From an uncultured bacterium (lineage in GTDB: Bacteria; Patescibacteriota; Minisyncoccia; Phycocordibacterales; Phycocordibacteraceae): a DNA stretch of 64,000 nucleotides. The stretch lies in NCBI GenBank assembly GCA_947085505.1, contig CAMTWI010000003.1, forward strand, positions 7,319 to 71,318, read 5' to 3'. This document shows positions 1 through 8,847 of the stretch, piece by piece (position 1 is the stretch's first letter; every line of letters begins with the position of its first letter). The position numbers and the translations under genes are program-made. Below the pieces are notes generated by a model. It did not search any database. It worked only from the letters and a program-made list of their open reading frames with translations, and was not told where the DNA came from.

Positions 1-76
1 GCGGACTAAGTCTCTTCCTAATAGCTTGGCAAACGTATATGTCCAAGAAAGTCCGAGGGGTGAAGCTTTAGAAAGT

Positions 77-1045
77 TTAGTTAAAGAATCTCATTGCCTT
101 CACAAAGACAGAGTCGATAAGCAGACGAAGCTCCATCGTCCAGCTCATGCCAAGCGGAACTGGCAGTGTCTGTGCTTCTAACCGGGAAACACCAGCAAGT
201 TCGATTGGTACAGATGTATCTAGAAAGAATGCGGGTGGTTCAAACGAGGTAGTAGTCGCAACTGTCGACGTAGAGGTCGATGCATTTTGTATCGAGGAAA
301 CTATTGGTGATATCAATCGCGATACTTCCTTCTCAAGCGCGTCTGATGGACGAGTGGAAGTTGCCGCGAGTGTGGTTGTCGCCAGCGAAGTAGACTTCTG
401 TGGAACCGGGGTCGTCGTGACCGGAGTCGACACCACCGGAGCCTTTGCTACCGTTGATACTGGTTTCACTGCAACCTTCGGCACGTCCTTCGTCGGTGTT
501 GCCTGCTGCGGGTAGGGCGCCGCAAAAATCTGTACCGTAAAGGTAGCGTTCTTTCCCTTGTAGGTTCCGTTAGCAACACCAATACCCACTTCGGTGAAAT
601 CAGTGCGAAGAATATTCGCTCGGTGTCCGGGAGATCCCATGAACGCATCAACAACCTGTTCGGCATCCGTACGATTCACGACGAGGTTCTCGCCGATGAT
701 GAGATATTTGTACCCTGCCTTCCCTACCCAGTGCATGGGCGTAATGCCGTCAGGCGACACGTGCGCATAGTAGCCATTTGCGGCCATATCCTGTGCTTTC
801 ATTTGAGCGGCCTCGTCGAGAAGACTGTTGCGCTGAAGCACAGGAATATCCTTCTCACTGCGTTCTTTGTTCGTAAGTATCGCAACGTCTGCTGCACTCA
901 CCGCAGCCGGATTGTGTGGAGACTCAAGAAGCGGCGCCGATATAACAGCAAGTGTAACAACACCTCCAACGAGCACGAAAAGTCCCGCAAACGGAATGAG
1001 ATTCTTCCCTAGATCAGGCTGGTGCATGATAGTTGTATAATACAA
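77..1045 (-). CDS. CAP/SCP (PR-1-like, YkwD-type) domain protein with N-terminal membrane anchor and S/T/P-rich C-terminal tail
   Basis: CAP motifs GHRANIL and HW..Y..GEN are present. An N-terminal hydrophobic segment follows an alternative start MHQPDLGK. A long T/S/P-rich low-complexity tail follows the CAP domain. Confidence 0.6.
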   Translation of the reverse strand: MYYTTIMHQPDLGKNLIPFAGLFVLVGGVVTLAVISAPLLESPHNPAAVSAADVAILTNKERSEKDIPVLQRNSLLDEAAQMKAQDMAANGYYAHVSPDGITPMHWVGKAGYKYLIIGENLVVNRTDAEQVVDAFMGSPGHRANILRTDFTEVGIGVANGTYKGKNATFTVQIFAAPYPQQATPTKDVPKVAVKPVSTVAKAPVVSTPVTTTPVPQKSTSLATTTLAATSTRPSDALEKEVSRLISPIVSSIQNASTSTSTVATTTSFEPPAFFLDTSVPIELAGVSRLEAQTLPVPLGMSWTMELRLLIDSVFVKAMRFFN

Positions 1046-1069
1046 CAGAATATATAAATTGCAACACGT

Positions 1070-2365
1070 TTAGTGCACTACTCCCAGGTGCGGAATATCG
1101 AGCGATTTCTTTCCGTCTTTGCTTGCAGGAACAAATCCACGTACAACCTTCGTTCGATATTTTGCACCAGAACCTGCAAGGGCTTCCATACTCGAACCAA
1201 GATATATGGTATTACGTCCATACCTTTGATTAACCAAGTCCTGTGCACGAAACACTCCCTCCTTCTCCTGACTCTGTGCGTACGCACCAAAGAGATCAGG
1301 AGTAACTGCATCCTCCACTCGAAGACACCGAAGTGTCACCCCGGACGCACGATACAAAATTCCTTCTGCGTACACTTCATCGAAGCGTTTACGAATAGCC
1401 CTTAGCATTTCCGGCGGCGCGTCATACGCTGCAGGTAAATCGAGCTGTACGCCGTGATACGTAAACTCCTGCGTCTTCAGATAAAAACTAAGGGCACTTG
1501 CTTTCATGCCCGCACGCCGTACCTTCGCACATGCGCCTTCAACATTCTTCGAAAGCTGCGAGAAAATAAAATCCTTATCTGTAGAAGGCGGCGTAAAGGT
1601 GCGTGTCACCATAACCGACTGTGGTTTCGCATGCGCACCTGTAGAAAGAGTAATTGCAGGATACCCCTGAAGCTCGAGCCACGTATCGCGTACGGGTTTT
1701 GCAAACCCGTGTTCCTTGAGCCAAGCATCTGACTTCTGTATATAGTCGAGTGCGGTTATAACGCCGAGCCCTCGCAAGCGCGTGGAGAGCGCACCGCCAA
1801 GTCCCCAGATATCGTAAATCTCAGTGTCGGCGAGCACTCGTTCGATGTCTTTTTTCGGAAGCGCCGTAAAGCCGGCGGGCTTGTTCCTTTTCGATGCGAC
1901 CTTAGCAAGCGTCTTTGACGGCGCGAGTCCCACACCAAACGTAATCCCGAGACTTAGCTCGAGCTTCGCTTTTATCGCTTCCGCGATCTCTTCGTAGGAT
2001 TGTCCGCGACTCTCGTTCAATCCTGTGATGTCTGCGAAACATTCGTCGATACTGTACTCCTCAACCTTCGTCGTGAAGGTCTTCGCGATTGCATACATCC
2101 GCTTCGCATAGATTGAGTACGCGGTATAGTCTCCGACGAGCACGATGACACTCGGACACACTCTCCGTATCTCTTGCATGGGCATACCGCGATGCGCACC
2201 GAGCATCTTCGCTTCCTTTGAAAGCGACGTAACCGCCCCACGCTCTCCTCCCGTGACGACCGGCTTCCCACGAAGTCTATAATCCTTCGCCTGCTCAACC
2301 GACGCGAAGAACGAATCACCATCGAAATGCACAATCGCCCGAGGATACGAGCCCGACTGGTCCAT
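1070..2365 (-). CDS. Y-family translesion DNA polymerase (DinB/UmuC/ImuB-like)
   Basis: HFDGDSFFASVE matches the Y-family palm motif. The start is trimmed to ATG 2363-2365 (MDQSG...) because the ORF-track N-extension overlaps lexA. This start abuts the lexA stop at 2367-2369, giving an operon arrangement. Confidence 0.8.
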   Translation of the reverse strand: MDQSGSYPRAIVHFDGDSFFASVEQAKDYRLRGKPVVTGGERGAVTSLSKEAKMLGAHRGMPMQEIRRVCPSVIVLVGDYTAYSIYAKRMYAIAKTFTTKVEEYSIDECFADITGLNESRGQSYEEIAEAIKAKLELSLGITFGVGLAPSKTLAKVASKRNKPAGFTALPKKDIERVLADTEIYDIWGLGGALSTRLRGLGVITALDYIQKSDAWLKEHGFAKPVRDTWLELQGYPAITLSTGAHAKPQSVMVTRTFTPPSTDKDFIFSQLSKNVEGACAKVRRAGMKASALSFYLKTQEFTYHGVQLDLPAAYDAPPEMLRAIRKRFDEVYAEGILYRASGVTLRCLRVEDAVTPDLFGAYAQSQEKEGVFRAQDLVNQRYGRNTIYLGSSMEALAGSGAKYRTKVVRGFVPASKDGKKSLDIPHLGVVH

Positions 2366-2366
2366 A

Positions 2367-2972
2367 TTATTTATAGGTACGGAACGTGGACGAAACCTTC
2401 CCCACAATCTCTCCTTCCTTGGGATAGATATCGGGATACCGATCGTTCGCTGCTTCAAGATAAAACGCTTTCCCTTTCTTCCGAAGATACTTCAACGTGT
2501 AGCCATCCTCCGTGAGCGCAACAACGATGTCGCCTGGCCTGTAGTCCTGGGTGCGCTCGAAGATAACCATGTCTCCACTCTGGATCCCAGCATCCTCCAT
2601 AGAGTCTCCTTCTACCGTTAACAGATAGCTCGCGTTCGGGTTCCCGACCAAATACTCCCCAATCGAAACAGTGTCAGCTAGCTCTTCCTCCGCAGGCGCG
2701 GCGAACCCTGCGCGCACATGCCCGAGCAAAGGAATCGAGAAGAGGCCTGCTGCGGGTATGAGCTTTCCGGTCTTATCCTTTGTTACATATCCCTCTTCAA
2801 TCAACCGACTCGAGACATAGAACGCAGAGCTGCGACTTGAAAGCTTAAAAAGCGTAAGCATCTCGGTAATGCTCGGCATGCGCCGGTTCTTCCTATAAAA
2901 GGAGAGGAGTTTCTCACGTCTCTGAAGGAGTGATTCCCTACCGTTATTCATCCCTGCAGTGTATTCGAACAA
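2367..2972 (-). CDS. lexA: LexA SOS repressor (N-terminal wHTH plus C-terminal S24 peptidase)
   Basis: S24 catalytic signatures GDSM and a downstream K are present. The 201 aa length is typical. The ORF track uses TTG at 2972. An ATG at 2949-2951 is an alternative start. The SOS box overlaps this 5' region. Confidence 0.8.
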   Translation of the reverse strand: MFEYTAGMNNGRESLLQRREKLLSFYRKNRRMPSITEMLTLFKLSSRSSAFYVSSRLIEEGYVTKDKTGKLIPAAGLFSIPLLGHVRAGFAAPAEEELADTVSIGEYLVGNPNASYLLTVEGDSMEDAGIQSGDMVIFERTQDYRPGDIVVALTEDGYTLKYLRKKGKAFYLEAANDRYPDIYPKEGEIVGKVSSTFRTYK

Positions 2973-2983
2973 ACGTTCGAATA
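2962..2983. promoter_or_regulatory. LexA operator, Cheo/Gram-positive-type SOS box TATTCGAAC-AAAC-GTTCGAATA
   Basis: Perfect 9+4+9 inverted repeat with a CGAAC-N4-GTTCG core. It sits at the lexA 5' end, consistent with autoregulation. Confidence 0.7.
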
Positions 2984-2995
2984 CAAGAGAATCCC

Positions 2996-3640
2996 CTATG
3001 TAAATATCTCCCGCATCATCTCCTCGCCCAGTACTTCAAGAAGAGCTATGGCCTCTGGCTGATCGCTCCCGTATCCGTTTGCGACCTTCTCGTGCTGGTG
3101 CTTGAGGAACTCATTTGCACTCGCAACATCGTGCCCTTGCTTCAAGAACGTCGCTCCTTTATTGAGTGCATTCGTTATCTTCGGAAGCGCCTTGTCCACA
3201 ACTTTAACGAATCTAGCTTCGGGCGTATCTCGCCGCTCATACGCGTCGATTGTCTCGCCAAGCCAGGGCAACTCTGCATCGAACTCTGTACGGAGGCGCA
3301 AGAGTGCTTCTGCTTCACGCTCTTCCTTGCTCGTGTGATCTGCGTCAGAAAGAATGCGCGCCGTGGGCGTATCTCCCGCGTACACTTCCACGAAATCATG
3401 GACGAGTGCGAACTCGGCTATCCGTCCACGATCGAGTGTGGGTGCGAAGCGCTCCGCAAACGCACACGCAACGAGCCCAAGCATAACGGTGTGGTCCGTG
3501 TCAGACTCAGGAGTCACTCCATCCGGGTGGCACGTGATCCGGTTCACTCTCCCAAACGCGAGCGAAAGTTCTCCCAAATCAACGATTGCCTGAATGGCTT
3601 CTTTGGTGAGCTCAGGCTTCTGCATAAAACTAAATACCAA
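2996..3640 (-). CDS. HD-domain phosphohydrolase (YfbR-like 5'-deoxynucleotidase family)
   Basis: HD-domain signatures appear as H...HD...D in ESDTDHTVML and LVHDFVEVYAGD. Length is about 210 aa. Confidence 0.6.
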   Translation of the reverse strand: MVFSFMQKPELTKEAIQAIVDLGELSLAFGRVNRITCHPDGVTPESDTDHTVMLGLVACAFAERFAPTLDRGRIAEFALVHDFVEVYAGDTPTARILSDADHTSKEEREAEALLRLRTEFDAELPWLGETIDAYERRDTPEARFVKVVDKALPKITNALNKGATFLKQGHDVASANEFLKHQHEKVANGYGSDQPEAIALLEVLGEEMMREIFT

Positions 3641-4259
3641 CCAAGAATCTAAACACTGAACGGATCAACATACCGAATGGCGCTGCCAGGAAGTACGCGA
3701 AGAACAAGAGAATCAAGACGAGCGAAAGAATACCACCAGCCTGTATACGATCCTCTATCTCACGCATCTTCATCGACGCCTTAAACGGCAGGATGCCGCG
3801 AAGAACCGTAAAGCCATCGAGCGGCGGGATCGGAAGAAGATTGAAAATACCCAGAAAAAGATTCACGAGCGTCACCAATGACGCGAGCGTTCCAAACTCA
3901 ACCATGCCCGCACCAAACGCGAACCGCGCAATAAGTGCAAAGAGCACGGCGATGAAGAGATTCACCGCAACGCCAGCAACCCCCACAATCGCCTCGCCCC
4001 ATCGCTGATTCTTTAGGTTGTATGGGTTATATGGTACCGGCTTCGCCCAACCAAAGAGAAAGCTGGAATTTGTGAGCACAAGGATCGCAGGAACCAGGAC
4101 AGAACCCAACGGATCAATGTGTCGAAGAGGATTCAAGGACAAACGACCCTGCAATTTGGCTGTAGGGTCGCCAAGCGCGTTCGCCGCCCATCCATGAGCC
4201 ACCTCGTGAATAACCACGGAAATAACAAGGACAATAACGGTAAAAATAATGGTTTCCAT
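3630..4259 (-). CDS. site-2 protease family (M50) zinc metallopeptidase
   Basis: HEVAHG HExxH motif inside a TM helix, an LLPIPPLDG motif, and a polytopic membrane protein. Confidence 0.7.
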   Translation of the reverse strand: METIIFTVIVLVISVVIHEVAHGWAANALGDPTAKLQGRLSLNPLRHIDPLGSVLVPAILVLTNSSFLFGWAKPVPYNPYNLKNQRWGEAIVGVAGVAVNLFIAVLFALIARFAFGAGMVEFGTLASLVTLVNLFLGIFNLLPIPPLDGFTVLRGILPFKASMKMREIEDRIQAGGILSLVLILLFFAYFLAAPFGMLIRSVFRFLVGI

Positions 4260-4305
4260 GCAGGCGTTGCCTAACTACGTGCCCGTATGCTAGCATGCGG
4301 GGACT

Positions 4306-4557
4306 ATGGCACGCGAATGCGCAGTAACCGGAAAGACAACCCAGATTGGTGGGCGGTACTCTAACCGTACCCGTGCAACCCAGTTCAACCCAACTGGAAA
4401 GGTACGCCGCCAGGCAAACCTCCATAAGCGCCGCATCTTCGTAGCGGAACTCGGCAAAATGCTCCTCGTCGACATCAGCGTCAAGGGCATGCGCCACATC
4501 AAGAAGAACGGCGCCTTCGCCACTCTGAAGAAAGCAGGCATCATCAAGATTAAGTAG
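4306..4557 (+). CDS. rpmB: 50S ribosomal protein L28
   Basis: MARECAVTGK...NRTRA... matches L28. Size is 83 aa. A hairpin terminator follows. Confidence 0.85.
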   Translation: MARECAVTGKTTQIGGRYSNRTRATQFNPTGKVRRQANLHKRRIFVAELGKMLLVDISVKGMRHIKKNGAFATLKKAGIIKIK

Positions 4558-4561
4558 GAAC

Positions 4562-4588
4562 GAGCCGGAAATACCGGCTTTTTTCTTT
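4562..4588 (+). terminator. rho-independent terminator after rpmB
   Basis: GCCGG-AAATA-CCGGC hairpin followed by a T-run. Confidence 0.6.
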
Positions 4589-4634
4589 TATATAAAGTAG
4601 AACCCGCCCTTTTTAGGGGGCGGGGCTCCTTTGT

Positions 4635-4883
4635 TCAGGCGTTCGCGTTTGGTGGCGGGAAGACCTGACGGTCTTCGCACATAATACGTTCGCCATCTAT
4701 GCTCCGGAACGACTCGAGTGTAATTTGAGCAATTCCGAAATGTTCAGCAAAGCGTGCAAGCGCTTCACTGTCGGTAGACTCGTAGAGGGTGAGTATCGAA
4801 CGGCCAAAGAATTGGTATTGGTTTTTTAGTTCGATAGTAGAACTCAACTCCTCCTTACCTAAGGTACTGCTACACTGGGGCAC
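4635..4883 (-). CDS. hypothetical small protein
   Basis: ORF only. A GC-hairpin lies downstream at 4603-4624. No recognisable motif. Confidence 0.3.
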   Translation of the reverse strand: MPQCSSTLGKEELSSTIELKNQYQFFGRSILTLYESTDSEALARFAEHFGIAQITLESFRSIDGERIMCEDRQVFPPPNANA

Positions 4884-4962
4884 CGCCCACTCCTCTTCTG
4901 GTTACTGGTTGGCACGCCCCACAGCAAGTAAACGCCTCTTCATCTAACTGGTCAACCTATGG

Positions 4963-5826
4963 CTATTTCTGCACGACAGCCTTCCCGTCGCTCACAAACG
5001 TAATTGTCCCGAATTCTATAGTCGAAACTAGCATTGCACCTGACTCACGTATACGCGCAACCACGTCTTCGTGCGGATGCCCATACGAGTTATCTCTTCC
5101 GGCTGACACCACCACAATCGATGGATCGACCGCCGCAAGAAACGTCGGGCTGGTTGAGGTCTTCGAACCGTGATGCCCGGCCTTGAGCACATCACTGGCG
5201 ATCACGCCTCCATACCTAGCAACAATCCGGTCCTCCACCCACGCAGACGCATCTCCGGTGAGCATAAATTCAGTATCTCCATACACCACCCGCATCACAA
5301 TTGATGCGTCATTGGTCTCGCGTAATTGAGCGACGTTATCTTCAGGATGCAGGATATCTGCATACGCACCTCCACCAAGATGTATGCGCATACCGTTACG
5401 CAGCACTCCTTTCTGAATTCCCAGCTCTCTATCAACTGAGACTTCGAGGCTTTCATACAGACTGGTGTCCCCTTCCCTACCAGGCTCAAAGAATCGCGTG
5501 ACTCTGTAGCGATCAAATACTCCCGGCAATCCGCCAATATGATCGGCATCAGGATGCGTTGCCACAACAATGTCGATGCTTCTATCAAGCGGACCCATGA
5601 GGCGCGGAAGCTCCCGCAATACCGAACGATCCTTTCCGCCGTCAATAAGCATCTCGATGCCAGTTGGTCCTTCAATGAGAATCGCATCTCCCTGTCCCAC
5701 ATCGAGGAATGAGACCGTGAGCTCATGCGACACTGGTCTTGTGAGATACCCAAATACAGCAATGTTAGAGAGTACGAGCACAAGAAGCGTGAGGATAAGC
5801 GCGGGATTCGGGATCCTGGTCTTCAT
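4963..5826 (-). CDS. ComEC/Rec2-type metallo-beta-lactamase domain protein (C-terminal module of ComEC encoded separately, own TM anchor)
   Basis: The MBL motif HPDADHIGG (HxHxDH) and later GHHGS are present. An N-terminal TM follows MKTRIPNP. Start trimmed to ATG at 5826. Confidence 0.7.
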   Translation of the reverse strand: MKTRIPNPALILTLLVLVLSNIAVFGYLTRPVSHELTVSFLDVGQGDAILIEGPTGIEMLIDGGKDRSVLRELPRLMGPLDRSIDIVVATHPDADHIGGLPGVFDRYRVTRFFEPGREGDTSLYESLEVSVDRELGIQKGVLRNGMRIHLGGGAYADILHPEDNVAQLRETNDASIVMRVVYGDTEFMLTGDASAWVEDRIVARYGGVIASDVLKAGHHGSKTSTSPTFLAAVDPSIVVVSAGRDNSYGHPHEDVVARIRESGAMLVSTIEFGTITFVSDGKAVVQK

Positions 5827-5881
5827 ATCCTCATAATGGCACGTACGCGATATACTGCTCGCACATCTAACCCGCAATCCT

Positions 5882-6463
5882 ATGTCCTACACCGCCCGCA
5901 CGTTTGCACTTCCTGAACTGAAAGGTCTCTCGCCTGATCAGATAGCCGTACACCTCGCACTCTATGAGGGCTACGTAAAACACACGAATCTTATTCTCGA
6001 CACGATACAAAAACTGCGTACAGAAGATGCGGACGGGAATGCATTCGTTATAAACGAACTGAGGCGTCGCCTTGGCTTTGAGTTCGACGGTATGCGCATG
6101 CATGAGTACTACTTCGAACAGTTCGAAGGCGGGGCGCAACCATCAGGTACAGCGCTACAGAAAATGGCGAGCGAGAAATATAGAAGTTGGGACGGATTCA
6201 TTACACACATAAAAGAAGTAGCTGGTACCCGCGGCATCGGCTGGGTGGTGGTGTATCACGACCCGAAAGCAGCAACACTTCACACCGCATTCGTGAACGA
6301 TCATGAGCTTGGACAGCTCGCGGGACTTCCTATCCTTCTTGCTGTTGATCTCTGGGAGCATGCCTACATGGTTGATTACAAGCCGGCGGAAAAGAAGACC
6401 TATGTCGAGGCGTTCCTTGAGAACGTAAACTGGAGCGTTGTTGAAGGAAGACTCTCTACCTAG
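5882..6463 (+). CDS. sodA: Fe/Mn superoxide dismutase
   Basis: The SOD signature DLWEHAYM is present, the N-terminal alpha-hairpin residues are conserved, and the protein is 193 aa. Confidence 0.85.
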   Translation: MSYTARTFALPELKGLSPDQIAVHLALYEGYVKHTNLILDTIQKLRTEDADGNAFVINELRRRLGFEFDGMRMHEYYFEQFEGGAQPSGTALQKMASEKYRSWDGFITHIKEVAGTRGIGWVVVYHDPKAATLHTAFVNDHELGQLAGLPILLAVDLWEHAYMVDYKPAEKKTYVEAFLENVNWSVVEGRLST

Positions 6464-6466
6464 CAG

Positions 6467-7948
6467 TTAGTGCCGAAATGCCCGTGAAGTCTCTGAGTTT
6501 GCGGGCATTTTTGCTATAACGTACCCCAACCCGACATATGAAAGCACCGTCACAAAGAACGGGAATTGTGGAATCGATACTGAAGCAAGCGAAAGACTGC
6601 TTACAAATTCCGCTAGATAAATAATGAACGAGAGAACGAAGTGAGCAGGGAGCCCCAAAAGCGGCGCAGCCCCCGGGAGAATGACGCCCATAACACCGGC
6701 AAGTGCTGAAAGTAGCATTGCAAGTGGAACGAGCGGGAGCACAAGAAGATTCGCAGGTAATGACACGAACGAAAAAAGACCCGTCTGATACAGAAGGAGC
6801 GGGAGTACCGCAATCTGTGCAGCGAGAGTAGCAGCAATCAGGTCTCGCCAGAACGGGCTTTGAACTATTGTTAAGCGTAACTCTATAATCGGTGCAAGCA
6901 GAATGAGCCCAAGCGTTGCGATAAAGGACAATTGGAATCCGGGGTCGAACGCAAGCAGAAGTGGATTCATAAGAAGCATAATCACCGCCACAACAAAGAG
7001 CGCGCGCACTACCGCATACGTTCTCCCGGTAGCGCGTGCAATGAGTCCAAGTCCTGCCATAAGCCCAGCACGAATACTTGCCGCTCCCGCTCCCGCTGCA
7101 AGCACAAAGAGTGCGATAACCACGCCCGCAAGGATTGCACTCGATCGGCGCGGCAAGAATGCGAACGTGCGCAGGACACCCTCTGCAACAATCATGACGT
7201 TATAGCCTGACAGAACAACAATGTGCACGAGTCCAGCAACAATGAATGCATCGAGAAGCGTTGTTCCGAGCCCCTGTTTCCCGCCCGTTATGAGCCCGCT
7301 TGCAAGTGATGCTCCTGGCTCTGGTATTGCTTGCGCAAGTCCTTCCTGGAATACGTGCTTTCCGTTAAGCAGGACTCTCATCACATAGGTCTCGAGATCT
7401 TCTCCGGGTCCGATTGTCTCAAGCGATGCGGACTTAACGAGCGCGAATATCGTATCCTTTGCCAAGAACTGATCGTACCTGAACGTGCGACCAGTATCCG
7501 TTTCAAATGGTTCAGGATGCTCGAGCTTCCCTCGCACTATCACCTCTGCGCCATAGGAAATCTCTGGATAGAGCGGTGCGACAGCGAGAACCCTGGCAGA
7601 ACTCCCGTCCTTCGTCACCTCAAGTCTTATACGCTGTGTAGTTTCCCGAATGTCCGGTTCCGCAATGACGGTCCCTTGAAGTTCTATCTCGCTTCCGATA
7701 AGCGGTAAGAACTCTGGCGACAAGGACGCCGGAGCAAGCATGACGCGCCCAGCACCAAGTATTGATCCGATAACGAACACAGCGCAGACGATGTAAAGAG
7801 TTCGCTGCTTTAAGAACCACGCGAGACAAAGAATGCTCACAACAACGAACATGAAAAGCAAAAATGATAGCGGCAAAAAGAAAAACGAGCGACACAAAAT
7901 GCCGCTCGCGAATCCCAACAGTCCCGCAACTAAGAGGGAGTCGCGCAT
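6467..7948 (-). CDS. comEC: ComEC/Rec2 competence protein, N-terminal part (OB-fold/DUF4131 plus competence channel domain)
   Basis: Polytopic membrane protein. The OB-like soluble insert follows the first TMs. The competence-domain motif GLVHIVVLSGYNVM is present. No MBL domain is present in this ORF. Confidence 0.7.
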   Translation of the reverse strand: MRDSLLVAGLLGFASGILCRSFFFLPLSFLLFMFVVVSILCLAWFLKQRTLYIVCAVFVIGSILGAGRVMLAPASLSPEFLPLIGSEIELQGTVIAEPDIRETTQRIRLEVTKDGSSARVLAVAPLYPEISYGAEVIVRGKLEHPEPFETDTGRTFRYDQFLAKDTIFALVKSASLETIGPGEDLETYVMRVLLNGKHVFQEGLAQAIPEPGASLASGLITGGKQGLGTTLLDAFIVAGLVHIVVLSGYNVMIVAEGVLRTFAFLPRRSSAILAGVVIALFVLAAGAGAASIRAGLMAGLGLIARATGRTYAVVRALFVVAVIMLLMNPLLLAFDPGFQLSFIATLGLILLAPIIELRLTIVQSPFWRDLIAATLAAQIAVLPLLLYQTGLFSFVSLPANLLVLPLVPLAMLLSALAGVMGVILPGAAPLLGLPAHFVLSFIIYLAEFVSSLSLASVSIPQFPFFVTVLSYVGLGYVIAKMPANSETSRAFRH

Positions 7949-7951
7949 AGG

Positions 7952-8368
7952 CTACATCTCTCTATCCATCGCCTCATTCGCAAGACGGTCCGCATCCTTA
8001 TTGAAATCCCGATATACGTGCTCAAACGAAACAGACTTGAAAAGACGAACGAGTTCGCCAACTCGTTGAGCTAATGGCTTGAGGCCCGGATGCTTCAGCT
8101 TCCACTCTCCAGTCATCTGCTTCACTACAAGCATACTGTCCATACAGACCCGAACTTCCGCCTCAGATGCTTTTGACTCAAGCATCGCTGCGAGCTTCTC
8201 GAGTGCCCGGAGAACGGCGGTATACTCAGCGACGTTATTCGTTGCAACACCCAAAAACTCAGACACGGTGGCTACCGTCTCACCGGCCTCGTTTCTGATG
8301 ATTGCCCCGCTGCCAGCCGGACCGGGATTTCCACGAGACCCGCCGTCGCCATAGATAGTGAAACGCAT
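7952..8368 (-). CDS. rnhA: ribonuclease HI
   Basis: YGDGGSRGNPGPAG N-terminal motif, the acidic catalytic residue pattern, and a length of 138 aa. Confidence 0.8.
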   Translation of the reverse strand: MRFTIYGDGGSRGNPGPAGSGAIIRNEAGETVATVSEFLGVATNNVAEYTAVLRALEKLAAMLESKASEAEVRVCMDSMLVVKQMTGEWKLKHPGLKPLAQRVGELVRLFKSVSFEHVYRDFNKDADRLANEAMDREM

Positions 8369-8445
8369 CGGTTGAGTATACCAATTGCAAAAGCGAAAGC
8401 CGGGGTCCCTGTTCTAGGGATTCCCGGCTCTTCTGGCTGCCCCGC

Positions 8446-8826
8446 TCAGAGCAGTTTTATTGGTCGGCTCCAGAGTCGACCATCGTTGCGCAGATGCGGA
8501 CAGGTAATGCCCTTTCGAATATCTGGATACTGCTTCGAAATACCATCCAGCACGAAAGCCTTGAGCGAAACAACGAAGGCGAGGAGAAGGGCTCGTGAAT
8601 GCCGCTCCTGCTTCGACAGTCCTTTTGCGTGCCCGACATCGTTGAGAAGTCGGGCGAGCACCATGCACTCAAGGAGTAGCCGCGGTGCCTTTTCAAGACT
8701 GAACTCATGAGGACGGGGCTCTGGAAACCCTTCCAGCATCAAATTGATCTGCTCATCCATGTCGCCAACCCACTCAGGGATTAGCTTATCTAGTGAAACC
8801 ATTCTTTCCTCCCACAATAAGAACAA
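8446..8826 (-). CDS. hypothetical protein
   Basis: ORF between recJ and rnhA. No recognisable motif. Confidence 0.3.
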   Translation of the reverse strand: MFLLWEERMVSLDKLIPEWVGDMDEQINLMLEGFPEPRPHEFSLEKAPRLLLECMVLARLLNDVGHAKGLSKQERHSRALLLAFVVSLKAFVLDGISKQYPDIRKGITCPHLRNDGRLWSRPIKLL

Positions 8827-8847
8827 GTAATAACCCTAGCAGAACCC

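Noticed and set aside
147-1012. Plus-strand ORFs 147-515 and 623-1012 overlapping the CAP-domain gene
   Set aside because: They are antisense shadows of a convincing minus-strand gene. They have no motifs and a low-complexity composition.
1070-2458. ORF-track N-terminal extension of the Y-family polymerase (MKQRTIGIPIS...) up to 2458
   Set aside because: The extension overlaps the lexA coding region in another frame. The conserved polymerase N-terminus begins at MDQSG...HFDGDSFF, so the ATG at 2365 was used instead.
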